Made by a program: the position numbers and the translations under genes
Notes under the pieces: generated by a model
Databases searched by the model: none
What the model was told of the DNA's origin: nothing
The model's input: the letters and a program-made list of their open reading frames with translations, nothing else
In this document: piece after piece, positions 1 through 9,389 of the stretch
Numbering within the stretch: position 1 is the first letter of the stretch
How the letters are laid out: every line of letters begins with the position of its first letter
Source: Patescibacteria group bacterium
GTDB lineage: Bacteria > Patescibacteriota > Dojkabacteria > J137
Direction: 5' to 3'
Assembly (NCBI GenBank): GCA_016861265.1
Contig: BOLA01000001.1
Coordinates: 203,569 to 267,568 of the forward strand
Length of the DNA stretch: 64,000 nt

Positions 1-72
1 GTAACCCAGCTTGTATCTATAATTTCTTCATTATTTTCTACTTGTGTATCTACAGAAGTTGGATCTGACATA
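1..72 (-). CDS. partial CDS, N-terminus only (reverse-complement reads MSDPTSVDTQVENNEEIIDTSWV...); hypothetical
   Basis: ATG at 70-72 on the minus strand with an open frame running off the window edge; not in the ORF track because it is truncated. Confidence 0.3.
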
Positions 73-94
73 GATTGCTTTTAAAAAGTTAATA

Positions 95-129
95 TAATCA
101 TATTATTTTCTTGTGAGCAGAATTGTCAA
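95..129 (-). promoter_or_regulatory. possible sigma70-like promoter for the minus-strand gene starting at 72
   Basis: minus strand reads TTGACA (plus 124-129), a 17-18 nt spacer, then TAATAT/ATAATA upstream of the ATG. Confidence 0.3.
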
Positions 130-130
130 T

Positions 131-152
131 AAAAAACCTCCCGAAAGGGAGG
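131..152 (-). terminator. rho-independent terminator of the rplU-rpmA operon
   Basis: stem CCTCCC-GAAA-GGGAGG at 137-152; on the minus strand it is followed by TTTTTT (plus 131-136), 25 nt downstream of the rpmA stop. Confidence 0.8.
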
Positions 153-176
153 TTTAAATTCTTAAATCAATTTGGC

Positions 177-470
177 TTATTCAGCCTTTGCCTCTTCTTC
201 TCTAACTGCCTCAGGTAAAATATCTACATATTTCTGAGTTCTCTTATAGCCAGTCATTCTTCTAAAGTGAACATAACCATCTTCTTTTGCGAATATGGTA
301 AAGTCTCTTCCTATTGAAGCATTTTTACCTGGGTAAAATTGTGATCCTCTTTGTCTAACAATAATTTCACCTGCGTTTACTTTTTGACCACCAAATCTTT
401 TAATACCAAGTCTCTTGCCTGGTACATCAACTGTTCTTTTTGCGGAACCTGTAGCTGCGGAATGTGCCAT
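177..470 (-). CDS. rpmA: 50S ribosomal protein L27
   Basis: 97 aa; N-terminal AHSAATGSAKRTVDVPGKRLGIKRFGG and IIVRQRG..GRDFTIFA match the L27 family signature. Confidence 0.95.
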   Translation of the reverse strand: MAHSAATGSAKRTVDVPGKRLGIKRFGGQKVNAGEIIVRQRGSQFYPGKNASIGRDFTIFAKEDGYVHFRRMTGYKRTQKYVDILPEAVREEEAKAE

Positions 471-489
471 ATATTAATAATTAACAGTA

Positions 490-804
490 TTAAAATTTAA
501 TAGATAACACTTTAAACTTTGTTACCTGTTTTCTAAATCCTCTTTTTCTTCTATATCTTGATTTTGCCTTGAAAATTCTACTTGTAACTTTTTCACCCTT
601 TTCATGACTTAAAACCTCAATTTCAACAGCAGCTTTATCTAAAACTGGTGCTCCAACTGAAATATCCGAACCTTCTCCAGCAGCTAAAACATCTGCTAGT
701 TTGATCTTTCCAACTTCAGCACTGAATTTTGGTAATTCATATTCTTTTCCTTCTTCAAGAGTGTATTGACTTCCACCCAATTTTATAATCGCAAATTTAC
801 TCAT
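490..804 (-). CDS. rplU: 50S ribosomal protein L21
   Basis: 104 aa; FAIIKLGGSQY start and the basic RYRRKRGFRKQ C-terminal region are typical of L21; adjacent to rpmA. Confidence 0.9.
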   Translation of the reverse strand: MSKFAIIKLGGSQYTLEEGKEYELPKFSAEVGKIKLADVLAAGEGSDISVGAPVLDKAAVEIEVLSHEKGEKVTSRIFKAKSRYRRKRGFRKQVTKFKVLSIKF

Positions 805-900
805 AATTTCTTAGTTAAAATAGCTCACGAATGATAATATAAAATCGACAAAAGTACAAGTGCAATTGAAAAAAACTTTGCATTAACATAGACTGTATTT

Positions 901-1674
901 ATGAGCAATTCCTACGAAATAGACAGTCTGAAAGACCTACTAAACTTTGACTATAAAACCGAAGATATTTATTCTGTTCAAGGCAGAATGAGAGCCCTAA
1001 TAGAGTACTACAAAATTAACTCGGAATTAGCCTGTTTGCGTGACTTTCTAAAAGTATACTGCCTAGTTACCGAAAAGGTTGTGGATTCAAGATTTCAGCA
1101 AGATAAATACTTCTCAAATGTAAGAGAATTAAATAAATTAGATGTAATCTTTTGCCACTATTACTTTAGAGCAGTAAAAGAATATGTAATGCATGGAGCA
1201 ACAATTTCCCCATGGGTTAATAGCTTTAGAATAAGCAGTGAACATAATGCTCCATTTATTAATGTTTTAATGGGTATAAATTCTCATATAAACGGAGATC
1301 TACCTATTTGTTTACTGGATATGAATTTTAAGAGTAAAGGTGACTTTGATAAAGTAAGTTCAATATTGTATGCAGTAATTCCTAGCGTATTAAGCTATTT
1401 AGCATTCGAACGAATGGACTTTTATGGAGCATTTGGACTGTTGGCAAAGAAATTTATTGAAGATGAGTTTAATACCCTTATAGTCAAATGGAGATCAAAT
1501 GCCTACAATAATTACAATAAATTGAAAAATTCCAAGAATACATCGAAGGATATTAAATTTATTAAAGAATCCACTGAAACCATTTCTGAAAACATATATA
1601 ATATCTTTAAAAATGAAGTTTTAAATCCTATAAATTTAATAAACGATCTAAATAAATTAGAAGTTATCTTATGA
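901..1674 (+). CDS. hypothetical protein
   Basis: 257-aa ORF at host-like codon usage; no motif I recognise. Confidence 0.5.
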   Translation: MSNSYEIDSLKDLLNFDYKTEDIYSVQGRMRALIEYYKINSELACLRDFLKVYCLVTEKVVDSRFQQDKYFSNVRELNKLDVIFCHYYFRAVKEYVMHGATISPWVNSFRISSEHNAPFINVLMGINSHINGDLPICLLDMNFKSKGDFDKVSSILYAVIPSVLSYLAFERMDFYGAFGLLAKKFIEDEFNTLIVKWRSNAYNNYNKLKNSKNTSKDIKFIKESTETISENIYNIFKNEVLNPINLINDLNKLEVIL

Positions 1675-2867
1675 CTTTAAGCCAAGACATACTTAGAAAA
1701 ATGCTGGAGCTACCGCACAGAATGGCGGGTACTACTTACGAACAGAAGGCAGCTGAATACATAAAAAATGTTTACGCCTACTTCGGTGTAACCGCAAAAG
1801 AAGTTCCTTCTTCTACTCTATCTCACAGTTTTCAAAACCACCTAATAATAAGTTTTGCATTAATAATGCTTACAATAGTGGTTAATTTTTTAGGAATAGC
1901 ATTAATAACAATTCCTTTATTTATATTTACAGTTCTTGTTTATTTAAGATTATTTAACTTGCCGTTTAGATTTTTTAAGAAGAGAACACAATCTCAAAAT
2001 ATTTATGCTGAAATACCTGCAAAAGACAAGCAAAAGTACACACTGGTTTTCACTAGTCACTACGATACAAGCGGCGATTTAGGCCCTCTGGTATCGATTT
2101 TAGGGCCAATATATAACTATATGCGTACATCCTCAGGGTTAAATATTCCTGAATACTTAAATAACGTACTAATTTTACCGAACTTATCTTTAGGATTAAC
2201 ATTGTTAGCACTATTCATTCCAGATAATTCCGCTAAGTTTTTCTTCGGCATTTTTGCGGCTATACCACTACTGACAGGGATTTTCTTCTTGAACAAGAGT
2301 AAAAAGAAACCTACACTGGGAGCCTACGATAACGGAGTAGGAACATCGTTATTAGTTGAACTTGCGGCGTTCTTTAATAAAAATCCGCTTGATAATACAA
2401 GACTGATTTTTGCAAATGTTGCAGCAGGAGAAACCTTAACAAGGGGAACTATACCATTGCTCAATTCACTAAACTTGGAAAAGGTTAATACATTTATTGT
2501 AGACCTTGAATGCATAGGTGAGGAACAACTTACACTAGTAAGTAGTGAGCCATCCTACCCTATTGGCTTACCTGTTCCTTTTGATTCAACATTCGAAGTA
2601 ATTGCAGATTTTGCCCAGGATTTTTTTCAGGATGATTTTAAGGTTGTTGACTCTCCATTACCTAGCGCAAACCAGGACCTAATTATAAATGGATATAGAG
2701 TCACGGCTATTGTTACTACTATGCCAAAAAATGGTTATCCTAAAAGGTTTCACTCCTCCAAGGACTATTTTGAGAGTATAAAATGGGATAAAGTAGAAAA
2801 TATTAGAGACTTTATTATCGGTTACTGTAGCTATTTTGATGATGTAAGCAAGGAAGTAATACTTTAA
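1671..2867 (+). CDS. membrane-anchored M28-family-like zinc peptidase (putative)
   Basis: TM helices at the N-terminus; FTSHYDT and AYDNGVGTSLLVELA resemble M28 aminopeptidase metal-binding motifs (H.D ... DNG.G..LLEL); 4-nt overlap with the upstream ORF. Confidence 0.5.
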   Translation: MTLSQDILRKMLELPHRMAGTTYEQKAAEYIKNVYAYFGVTAKEVPSSTLSHSFQNHLIISFALIMLTIVVNFLGIALITIPLFIFTVLVYLRLFNLPFRFFKKRTQSQNIYAEIPAKDKQKYTLVFTSHYDTSGDLGPLVSILGPIYNYMRTSSGLNIPEYLNNVLILPNLSLGLTLLALFIPDNSAKFFFGIFAAIPLLTGIFFLNKSKKKPTLGAYDNGVGTSLLVELAAFFNKNPLDNTRLIFANVAAGETLTRGTIPLLNSLNLEKVNTFIVDLECIGEEQLTLVSSEPSYPIGLPVPFDSTFEVIADFAQDFFQDDFKVVDSPLPSANQDLIINGYRVTAIVTTMPKNGYPKRFHSSKDYFESIKWDKVENIRDFIIGYCSYFDDVSKEVIL

Positions 2868-3847
2868 TATAGCGTTACTAAACAAATTTCCGCATCTGTA
2901 TTAATTCTTAACCTGCTGCCAGAATGTCCAATACCCTGAGATAGTAGCAGCTTTGTATTTTTGTTAATCTGGAATATACCTTTAGTTAACCATCTTCTTT
3001 TAGTAGGCATAGGAAGAACTGCTCCAATTATAGGCATATAAATCTGACCGGAATGATTATGGCCGCTCAGAATTAAATCTATATTGTCATTTTCTGAAAT
3101 AAAATCGATTACATCTGGGTTATGCGATAAAAGTATATTTACGGCGCCTTTCTCTGAACCTTCAAATGCCTTTTCAATATTAAATGTTTTTGAATATAGA
3201 TCAGGAATTCCTGCGATATTTAATTTAGTTCCGCTAATTGTTTGAATTGTATTATTGTTAATTAACAGTTGAATATTTGATTTTGAAAATGCATTAATAA
3301 ATTCTGTTGGAATATTATATTCGACCTTATCTTCTAGATACTCTGCATCGTGATTACCGTAAACTGCATAGACCCTCCCTTTTATATTTTTTAGTTGCTC
3401 TAATAGTTCCGGCTCTATGTCGTGAGTTAAAAAATCTCCTCCTAGCAATACTAAATCCTGATTTTGATTGTTAATTGTCTGAATAATCTTGTTAAGTCTT
3501 TTAGTGTTAGTACTCGCATATTCCTTGCCTACATGAAGATCGCTTACAAACAAGAATTGAACTTCTTTTTTTAGCCCTATATCGATTTTATATTCATTAA
3601 TTTTTATTCTATAAAACTTAATAAAAATGTAATAAAAAAAGAAGAGCTGTAATGAGAATAAAATTACTGAGAGTATAAGCAACTGCGATGAAAGAGAAAA
3701 AGCAAAAGTAATAAAGATTACAAATAACCCAGAAATCAATCCCGAGAAATCAATTGTAGGTCCCATTAACTTACGAAATCTTGCCATTGCACCTTTTCTT
3801 GGCATTAAAACAAGCTTATCTATATTTTCTTTTGAAAATCTATCCAT
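2864..3847 (-). CDS. membrane-anchored calcineurin-like metallophosphoesterase
   Basis: signature motifs DLHVG, GGDF, GNHD and SGHNHSG in order; N-terminal TM segments. Confidence 0.75.
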   Translation of the reverse strand: MDRFSKENIDKLVLMPRKGAMARFRKLMGPTIDFSGLISGLFVIFITFAFSLSSQLLILSVILFSLQLFFFYYIFIKFYRIKINEYKIDIGLKKEVQFLFVSDLHVGKEYASTNTKRLNKIIQTINNQNQDLVLLGGDFLTHDIEPELLEQLKNIKGRVYAVYGNHDAEYLEDKVEYNIPTEFINAFSKSNIQLLINNNTIQTISGTKLNIAGIPDLYSKTFNIEKAFEGSEKGAVNILLSHNPDVIDFISENDNIDLILSGHNHSGQIYMPIIGAVLPMPTKRRWLTKGIFQINKNTKLLLSQGIGHSGSRLRINTDAEICLVTLY

Positions 3848-3940
3848 AGTTTTTAGTGTGAACCAGGATATTTTATAGTTGTTTGAAGTTTATGTAAACA
3901 GAAAGTACATGGCGGGGGTGTTTATTCCCCGCCACATTTG

Positions 3941-3953
3941 CTGAATGAACTAC
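3941..3953. repeat. left 13-bp inverted repeat (CTGAATGAACTAC) at the island boundary; overlaps the stop codon of the 3950-5068 gene
   Basis: exact reverse-complement match to 8274-8286. Confidence 0.7.
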
Positions 3954-5068
3954 TGATTGAAGCAGGAACGAATCTCTGCTTCGCTGGGTAGGTCGTAGAA
4001 GTTGTATGTTAGTACCCCTTGATTTATTGCCCTATCCCGCTGATTCTCCATTCGATCATAAAATCCTACAGCCCACCAGAATGGACCATTGAACCCAAAA
4101 CTTTCGCCAAATTCCTGCATAAATTGACAGGTACCGGCGTAGTAACGAGTCTGTGCTGAGAAATCACGTCTTCCTCCATTGTTACCATTCCATGGTGTAA
4201 TGAAGGAACCAACCCGAGGAGTCACACCTACCTCCGCAAACATTATCGGCATATTGAGCCGATCGTGGTAACTGCGGAGATATGGTAACCACTCTTGCCA
4301 TGCATAGTAAATGTCCGTTGATGTGGCATCGTTGCCAATGCCATGTAGATCAAAGAACGCATCCACCATTAACACGTCAAGAGAAGGTGCAAACCCCGGT
4401 AACTCAGAAACTGGCGTCCAGTTCTTCGCGTATGTTACATTCCCGGAATACACTGCACGAACGCTCGCAATTAGCTGATTCCATCTATCGGTGTACCTTT
4501 GCTGGTCCTTATCAAGAGATTCCATCTCTGCACCGATAATTAACCCTAGCGCGCGTTCTTCTTCCGCTATCGCTGCATATTTAAGGATTAGGGCTCCGTA
4601 ATTGGCGAACCATTCGTCCAGTGCAGCATCGTTAAAATCACCACCCGGTACAATTGCACCTCGCCACGTCCCGGTTCTTTCGTCGTCTATGAGAGGCTTA
4701 AGCCAGACATAGTATCCTCTTGACCTTCCCTCCCGAAGAAAGATACGAATGTTTTCCTCGGATGGTGTAAGCAGAGGATCTTCATACAGAACCGTTGTTG
4801 TGGCTCCGTCTTGAAAGATCGGGAATGTAAAGATAATTGAGTTTACCCCCAATTCCCTACTATCAAGATCATCGAAAAACGCGACTGTATTGCCCTGCAT
4901 GGTAGTATCGTTCCCATACAGAACAACCGATATCCCTTTTTGATAGGGGATTTGCGTCCCGATTGGAATTGGATTGTACTCTTCTGTTGGAGGGCCTTCT
5001 TGGGCATTCACTGGCAATGGAGCCAGTGCGATCACCAGTAGAATTAGAATACTGAGAATCCTAAGCAT
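3950..5068 (-). CDS. secreted protein, putative glycoside hydrolase / polysaccharide-processing enzyme (TIM-barrel-like)
   Basis: cleavable signal peptide MLRILSILILLVIALAPLPVNAQE; aromatic- and acidic-rich; last gene of an operon with the GT2 synthase. The hydrolase call comes from context and composition only. Confidence 0.4.
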   Translation of the reverse strand: MLRILSILILLVIALAPLPVNAQEGPPTEEYNPIPIGTQIPYQKGISVVLYGNDTTMQGNTVAFFDDLDSRELGVNSIIFTFPIFQDGATTTVLYEDPLLTPSEENIRIFLREGRSRGYYVWLKPLIDDERTGTWRGAIVPGGDFNDAALDEWFANYGALILKYAAIAEEERALGLIIGAEMESLDKDQQRYTDRWNQLIASVRAVYSGNVTYAKNWTPVSELPGFAPSLDVLMVDAFFDLHGIGNDATSTDIYYAWQEWLPYLRSYHDRLNMPIMFAEVGVTPRVGSFITPWNGNNGGRRDFSAQTRYYAGTCQFMQEFGESFGFNGPFWWAVGFYDRMENQRDRAINQGVLTYNFYDLPSEAEIRSCFNQ

Positions 5069-5089
5069 TTGACCTCCAGAGGAGGGGTT

Positions 5090-6517
5090 TTACCCCTCCA
5101 TATTATCGCCCTTGTGATGTGTCTTCGACCAGCCTTGTGCAGCCTTGTTGGATTTCAGGAACTGATAGACTGCCACATAACCGGCTATTGAAATCAGCAG
5201 CCAGTAAAGTGGAGCAAACAGTCCCATTATCACATTCGAGTAGTTCTTCGTTCTGAATGCGGCAGTCTTAAGCATGTACACGTACATGTAGTTTCCCGCC
5301 GAGAAACAGAACATTGCCACGTAGAAAATAAGCGGAGGATAGAGCTGCTGAATAAACTCTGAGTGGGTAACAGCATAGATAGCCGTCATTCCCCAAAACA
5401 CAGGGTTTACCAGGTAAAGTACAAGCGGCGCACCAATAACGTACTGAAACCCGACAAAGCCTTTCCAACCAAGTTCTTGCTGAAGCCTGATTGGGTTACG
5501 CATATGTCGGAAGTACGTTTGGATAGCCCCCTTTATCCATCTACTCCGCTGTTTTACCATATCGAAAGCATTCTCGACAGCTTCTTCTGACGTGATCGAG
5601 TCGAGAACCAATGTGCTATAACCGAGTCTCGCAAACTTAACAGCGAGATCCATGTCTTCCGTTACGTTGAGGGAATCCCAACCTCCCACCTCGCGTATTG
5701 CACTAGTGAGAATGTAGTTGGAGGTTCCTCCAAGAGGTGACACCAACCCTAGTCGAGTTAGTCCGGGCAGCATTATTGAGAAATGCTGCAAGTAGTCCAG
5801 ATTCAACATCCTGGTAACCCAGGAACGATTAGCGTTTTGACTGAACGCAAGACGTGCCTGAACGCAGACCAGATGTGGATTATTGACCACTTCTCGGAAG
5901 TAGCTAACCATTGCCTTTCTGGGCTGCAATTTATCGGGCTTGTCTTCACTGTCAAATACGACGGTAAAATCGCTTCGCCAGTGAACGTAACCCTGGTCGA
6001 ACAGGTAGTTCATTGCCGCAGGTTTGGTCTTGGCCCCTCCTTTCGGACGAACAATAACCTTGAAATGCTTTGGAAGAGCAAGCTGAGTATATGCCTCGAT
6101 TGTGGCAAAATCCCCCTCTTCCAATACGATTAGAACCTGCATACGATTCTTCGGATAGTTCAGCTCCCATATGCTTTTAACAATTTGGCGAGCCACTGCT
6201 GGTTCCACATATGACGGAACAATCACGGTGATGTACGGAAATTCGTTAAGAGCTAATGCCTCTGAGTCATCAACTGCCACTAAGCTTCCTTCCTTCATGC
6301 CACTGACAGCGACAATGGAGGAAAATACGAACATTGAAGCGAAGAACAGTGTTGACAACGCTACGAATCCCTGCAAGTACTGTAGGAGTGTTAGCTGTAA
6401 CACCAACCCCAACATCACCGATCCTATACCCAGTGCAACAATGAAGCCCAGTTGAGACTTGCTCATACGAACTTCTGCACCAGGCCCGAATACTGCCCCC
6501 GAATTCAATTGATCCAT
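5090..6517 (-). CDS. processive family-2 glycosyltransferase (cellulose / PNAG / chitin-synthase-like polysaccharide synthase)
   Basis: N-terminal TMs, catalytic core with VVFDSEDKPD (DxD), GGTSNY, VTEDMDLA (TED) and QRSRWIKG (QxxRW), then C-terminal TM helices. Confidence 0.85.
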   Translation of the reverse strand: MDQLNSGAVFGPGAEVRMSKSQLGFIVALGIGSVMLGLVLQLTLLQYLQGFVALSTLFFASMFVFSSIVAVSGMKEGSLVAVDDSEALALNEFPYITVIVPSYVEPAVARQIVKSIWELNYPKNRMQVLIVLEEGDFATIEAYTQLALPKHFKVIVRPKGGAKTKPAAMNYLFDQGYVHWRSDFTVVFDSEDKPDKLQPRKAMVSYFREVVNNPHLVCVQARLAFSQNANRSWVTRMLNLDYLQHFSIMLPGLTRLGLVSPLGGTSNYILTSAIREVGGWDSLNVTEDMDLAVKFARLGYSTLVLDSITSEEAVENAFDMVKQRSRWIKGAIQTYFRHMRNPIRLQQELGWKGFVGFQYVIGAPLVLYLVNPVFWGMTAIYAVTHSEFIQQLYPPLIFYVAMFCFSAGNYMYVYMLKTAAFRTKNYSNVIMGLFAPLYWLLISIAGYVAVYQFLKSNKAAQGWSKTHHKGDNMEG

Positions 6518-6532
6518 GTTGTCTGCCTTGTC

Positions 6533-8233
6533 TTATTGCGCTAACTTGTAGATGTGATAGAGTTCGTTTTCAAAGACCAAGACGTAATGGTCAATGAAAG
6601 ATTGCTGATTCCGAACAGTTGTCCATACACGATCTTCAGCAAAACCGGAGTATGGGCCTCTCATTACAATCCACTCCATCTGATTTGCATATGGAGCGTT
6701 TAGAACTGGTTCCCAAAGTCGATATGTACCCTCGTAAGTTATGTTTCCAAGGTTAATACCGCTTAGGAACTGTAGCTGCTCATTTCCGTAGGCTTCCAAC
6801 AACATTGTCCCGTTATCGTAGTTATCACCCAGCCATTCAGCAGCCTCTATTTGAAGCTGGCTGAACACGTAGGATGATGCACGTTGTGGTTCGATTAGTG
6901 TTGTAATCCCCGGATCCTGAAACAGTGCAAACTGCGAGAAGAGTACACAACCTCCAACAATAACTGCCAGCACTCGGCTTCTCCTAACTAAGTAACCCAC
7001 CATTGGGGCCACAGTCAGAATTATGATGAGTGCAAAGCGAATGTTGTAGAGAGTGTCCTCTGTCTGCATAACCTGCATGGGTCTTTGACCTTTGTAGATC
7101 ATAAACCCGAAGAACGGGATCATCACCAATGGCAGTAACGGAGCAAATGATTCCCTACGCAATCTGGTTGAGACCACGTAAATGAATAGACCTATTACAG
7201 CCAATACAACCACCATGCCAATGGTATCCCAGATCCCCCACCCGTAGGTCAGGAAAGCAACCCTAAGGTTTCCAAACCCGGCTTCTCTTCCCGAAACCCA
7301 ATTGCTGGGTGAGGAATAGGTACCGTTTTGAAACTCCAAAGGGTTACCAAAGATTGTCATATTCCAGACAATCCAGCCTATGACTCCGGCTAGTGCAACA
7401 AAACCCCACTCAGCCAGATGTCCCACTAGGTCCCAGAAGCGCACTCTGTTGCGAAGTAACACGTATGTGTAGATAGCAGCTTCCGCCACCACAATTACCC
7501 ATCCTTCGTAACGGATGGTACACATAATCACGCTTGCTACTCCATTCCAGAAGAGCCACTTATGGTTTGACGGTTCCTTACAAAGTTTCCAGAACGTGTA
7601 CATCGACAGCAATACCCCAAAATACATGGGAATTTCCGTCATTGATGTACTTTGCAGATACAGTACGTTTGGGTTGAGCATCAATACCATCCATGCGATT
7701 ACAGCGGCATATGTGCTATTAGTCAGTTCAAAGACGAACTTGAACATGTAATAGCCCATGACCAAATAGCAGAACATGGATACTGCGATCATTCCCAAGC
7801 CATGCGAGTAAAAGACGTTAGTCCGCAAAACACCCACAGTAAGCAGGTAGAGAGTCGTACAAATACCAATTACCACCCACCGAAACAATACAGTCCAACC
7901 TTTAAGCAGTCGGCGAATTGCAACAATGGACAGAACCAGTCCAAGTGCCAAAAAGATCGATCCGTATATGGTGTTTGACCAGATATCGGAGCAAACCAAT
8001 GGCAGACTTGCCAAATGGGTCAACGGTAGCCATACTGCCCCTAGCTGTGCAAGCCCGGGTGATGTACTATCGCAAACCCTGCGAGCGATCAATAGATGTG
8101 CCTGTGTATCGAAGTGGAGAAATCCCACATCGTTAACAGTCACAAGGGTAAAGCATACTACCGACAGCAGAAATGCAACTGCCATCAGAGTAGGCACGAT
8201 CCTTCTGGGCATTTGCCCAATACCTTCATTCAT
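6533..8233 (-). CDS. polytopic integral membrane protein (about 12-14 TM; possible GT-C-fold glycosyltransferase or polymer export/modification protein)
   Basis: 566 aa with many hydrophobic helices; GGAGG Shine-Dalgarno 8 nt upstream of the ATG; first gene of the island operon. Confidence 0.55.
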   Translation of the reverse strand: MNEGIGQMPRRIVPTLMAVAFLLSVVCFTLVTVNDVGFLHFDTQAHLLIARRVCDSTSPGLAQLGAVWLPLTHLASLPLVCSDIWSNTIYGSIFLALGLVLSIVAIRRLLKGWTVLFRWVVIGICTTLYLLTVGVLRTNVFYSHGLGMIAVSMFCYLVMGYYMFKFVFELTNSTYAAVIAWMVLMLNPNVLYLQSTSMTEIPMYFGVLLSMYTFWKLCKEPSNHKWLFWNGVASVIMCTIRYEGWVIVVAEAAIYTYVLLRNRVRFWDLVGHLAEWGFVALAGVIGWIVWNMTIFGNPLEFQNGTYSSPSNWVSGREAGFGNLRVAFLTYGWGIWDTIGMVVVLAVIGLFIYVVSTRLRRESFAPLLPLVMIPFFGFMIYKGQRPMQVMQTEDTLYNIRFALIIILTVAPMVGYLVRRSRVLAVIVGGCVLFSQFALFQDPGITTLIEPQRASSYVFSQLQIEAAEWLGDNYDNGTMLLEAYGNEQLQFLSGINLGNITYEGTYRLWEPVLNAPYANQMEWIVMRGPYSGFAEDRVWTTVRNQQSFIDHYVLVFENELYHIYKLAQ

Positions 8234-8273
8234 TTTCAGAACCTCCTCAGGTCTGTTTTATGATTTTCTTATG

Positions 8274-8286
8274 TAGTTCATTCAGT
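8274..8286. repeat. right 13-bp inverted repeat (GTAGTTCATTCAG) at the island boundary, about 40 nt upstream of the operon start
   Basis: exact reverse complement of 3941-3953. Confidence 0.7.
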
Positions 8287-8464
8287 TGTAAACGAACCTG
8301 TGATGAACAAGATTCATTCACATTAGCGCTGATTTTACCATAAAACAGGTGTACATTGCTATATAAAAGCTATATAGGATAATTAAAGTACCCCTCCTAT
8401 TTTCTACTTGAAATTACAATACTAAAAGTTAGATAATCACGAGCTTACCCTTTTAAAAACTTTT

Positions 8465-9334
8465 ATGGATACATTAACAATACCCGACGGACTTGAAGTA
8501 GCGAGAGTTAAATCCGAGAAACTATCTGCAGAACCAAACTTTTTAGAGTATCTAGAATTTACCGACAGAAAGATTAATCAAATCTGCTACGAAGTTTTGC
8601 ACAATATTATAAAAGCAGTGGGAGAAGGCCGCACAGTGAATTTAATTGTCCCCTTGAACGGAGGTTTGCTTTTCTATAGAAAACTAATGGAATTGTTCAG
8701 CAATCTCGAACTTTCTACTAATGCATTAAACATTATTTTCTGTGATGAAGACGAAAGTGACAGATTACTTTTTTCACAGGAACCGTTAGATGTTACTAAT
8801 GCATACAACATTGTAATAGACGATATCTGGGATAAAGGAGGTACCGGAAGCGAAATAATCGAGGAGCTAAGAACATTTGGAGCCGTAGATACATTGGATT
8901 ATTTCGCATTCTGCCGAAAAGAAAGCTCTCCAACCCAGAACAATGGTGCCAGATTAGCAAATATGGATTCAGTAACTATATTCGAAGATAGGTGGTTACA
9001 CAACTGGGGAGGAATGAACAGCAGTCTTTTTAAAGATAGACCTAGGGTCACGGCACTAGAACGTACAAGTTTTCTGCCGCTCGTACCTTTACCTGAGTAC
9101 TTACAAGTAAAATTTAATACTCAAGATCCATTTACTGTTGATGCCTATATGGATTTGTTGACACAAACTAATTTAGCTGTAAACGGTGTAATACCTATTG
9201 AGGTATTTAACGATGTATTATTCCTTGAAGAAAACCCAAGTCTTGTAACAAGATTCGACTACATGACCAAACTACATGCAAGAATTGCTCAATCTATTGA
9301 AACTAGTAAAATAAAAGTGGATAGAGAAGGTTAA
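8465..9334 (+). CDS. phosphoribosyltransferase-fold (PRTase type I) domain protein
   Basis: NLIVPLNGGLLF and IVIDDIWDKGGTGSEI match the PRPP-binding loop pattern (V.DD..DTG.T). Confidence 0.5.
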   Translation: MDTLTIPDGLEVARVKSEKLSAEPNFLEYLEFTDRKINQICYEVLHNIIKAVGEGRTVNLIVPLNGGLLFYRKLMELFSNLELSTNALNIIFCDEDESDRLLFSQEPLDVTNAYNIVIDDIWDKGGTGSEIIEELRTFGAVDTLDYFAFCRKESSPTQNNGARLANMDSVTIFEDRWLHNWGGMNSSLFKDRPRVTALERTSFLPLVPLPEYLQVKFNTQDPFTVDAYMDLLTQTNLAVNGVIPIEVFNDVLFLEENPSLVTRFDYMTKLHARIAQSIETSKIKVDREG

Positions 9335-9346
9335 TAATCAAAATTT

Positions 9347-9375
9347 TTGTTAAAATCATTATAGATAAATATATA
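9347..9375 (+). promoter_or_regulatory. possible promoter for proS
   Basis: TTGTTA, 17 nt, TATATA; an AAGGA ribosome-binding site 2 nt before the ATG. Confidence 0.3.
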
Positions 9376-9389
9376 TTAACGACCCAAGG

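Larger units (their letters stand above)
3941..8286 (-). other. compositionally distinct GC-rich three-gene island (putative horizontally acquired exopolysaccharide synthase cassette) bounded by 13-bp inverted repeats
   Basis: G+C visibly near 50% against about 33% in the flanks; the proteins are rich in W/R/A/G rather than K/N/I; perfect inverted repeat CTGAATGAACTAC at 3941-3953 and its reverse complement at 8274-8286. Confidence 0.7.

Noticed and set aside
4282-8276. Internal and antisense ORFs inside the GC-rich island genes (4282-4539, 5268-5468, 5363-5590, 5783-6133, 5952-6170, 6171-6455, 7515-8276 set)
   Set aside because: High GC inflates spurious ORF length. All are nested within the three well-supported minus-strand genes.
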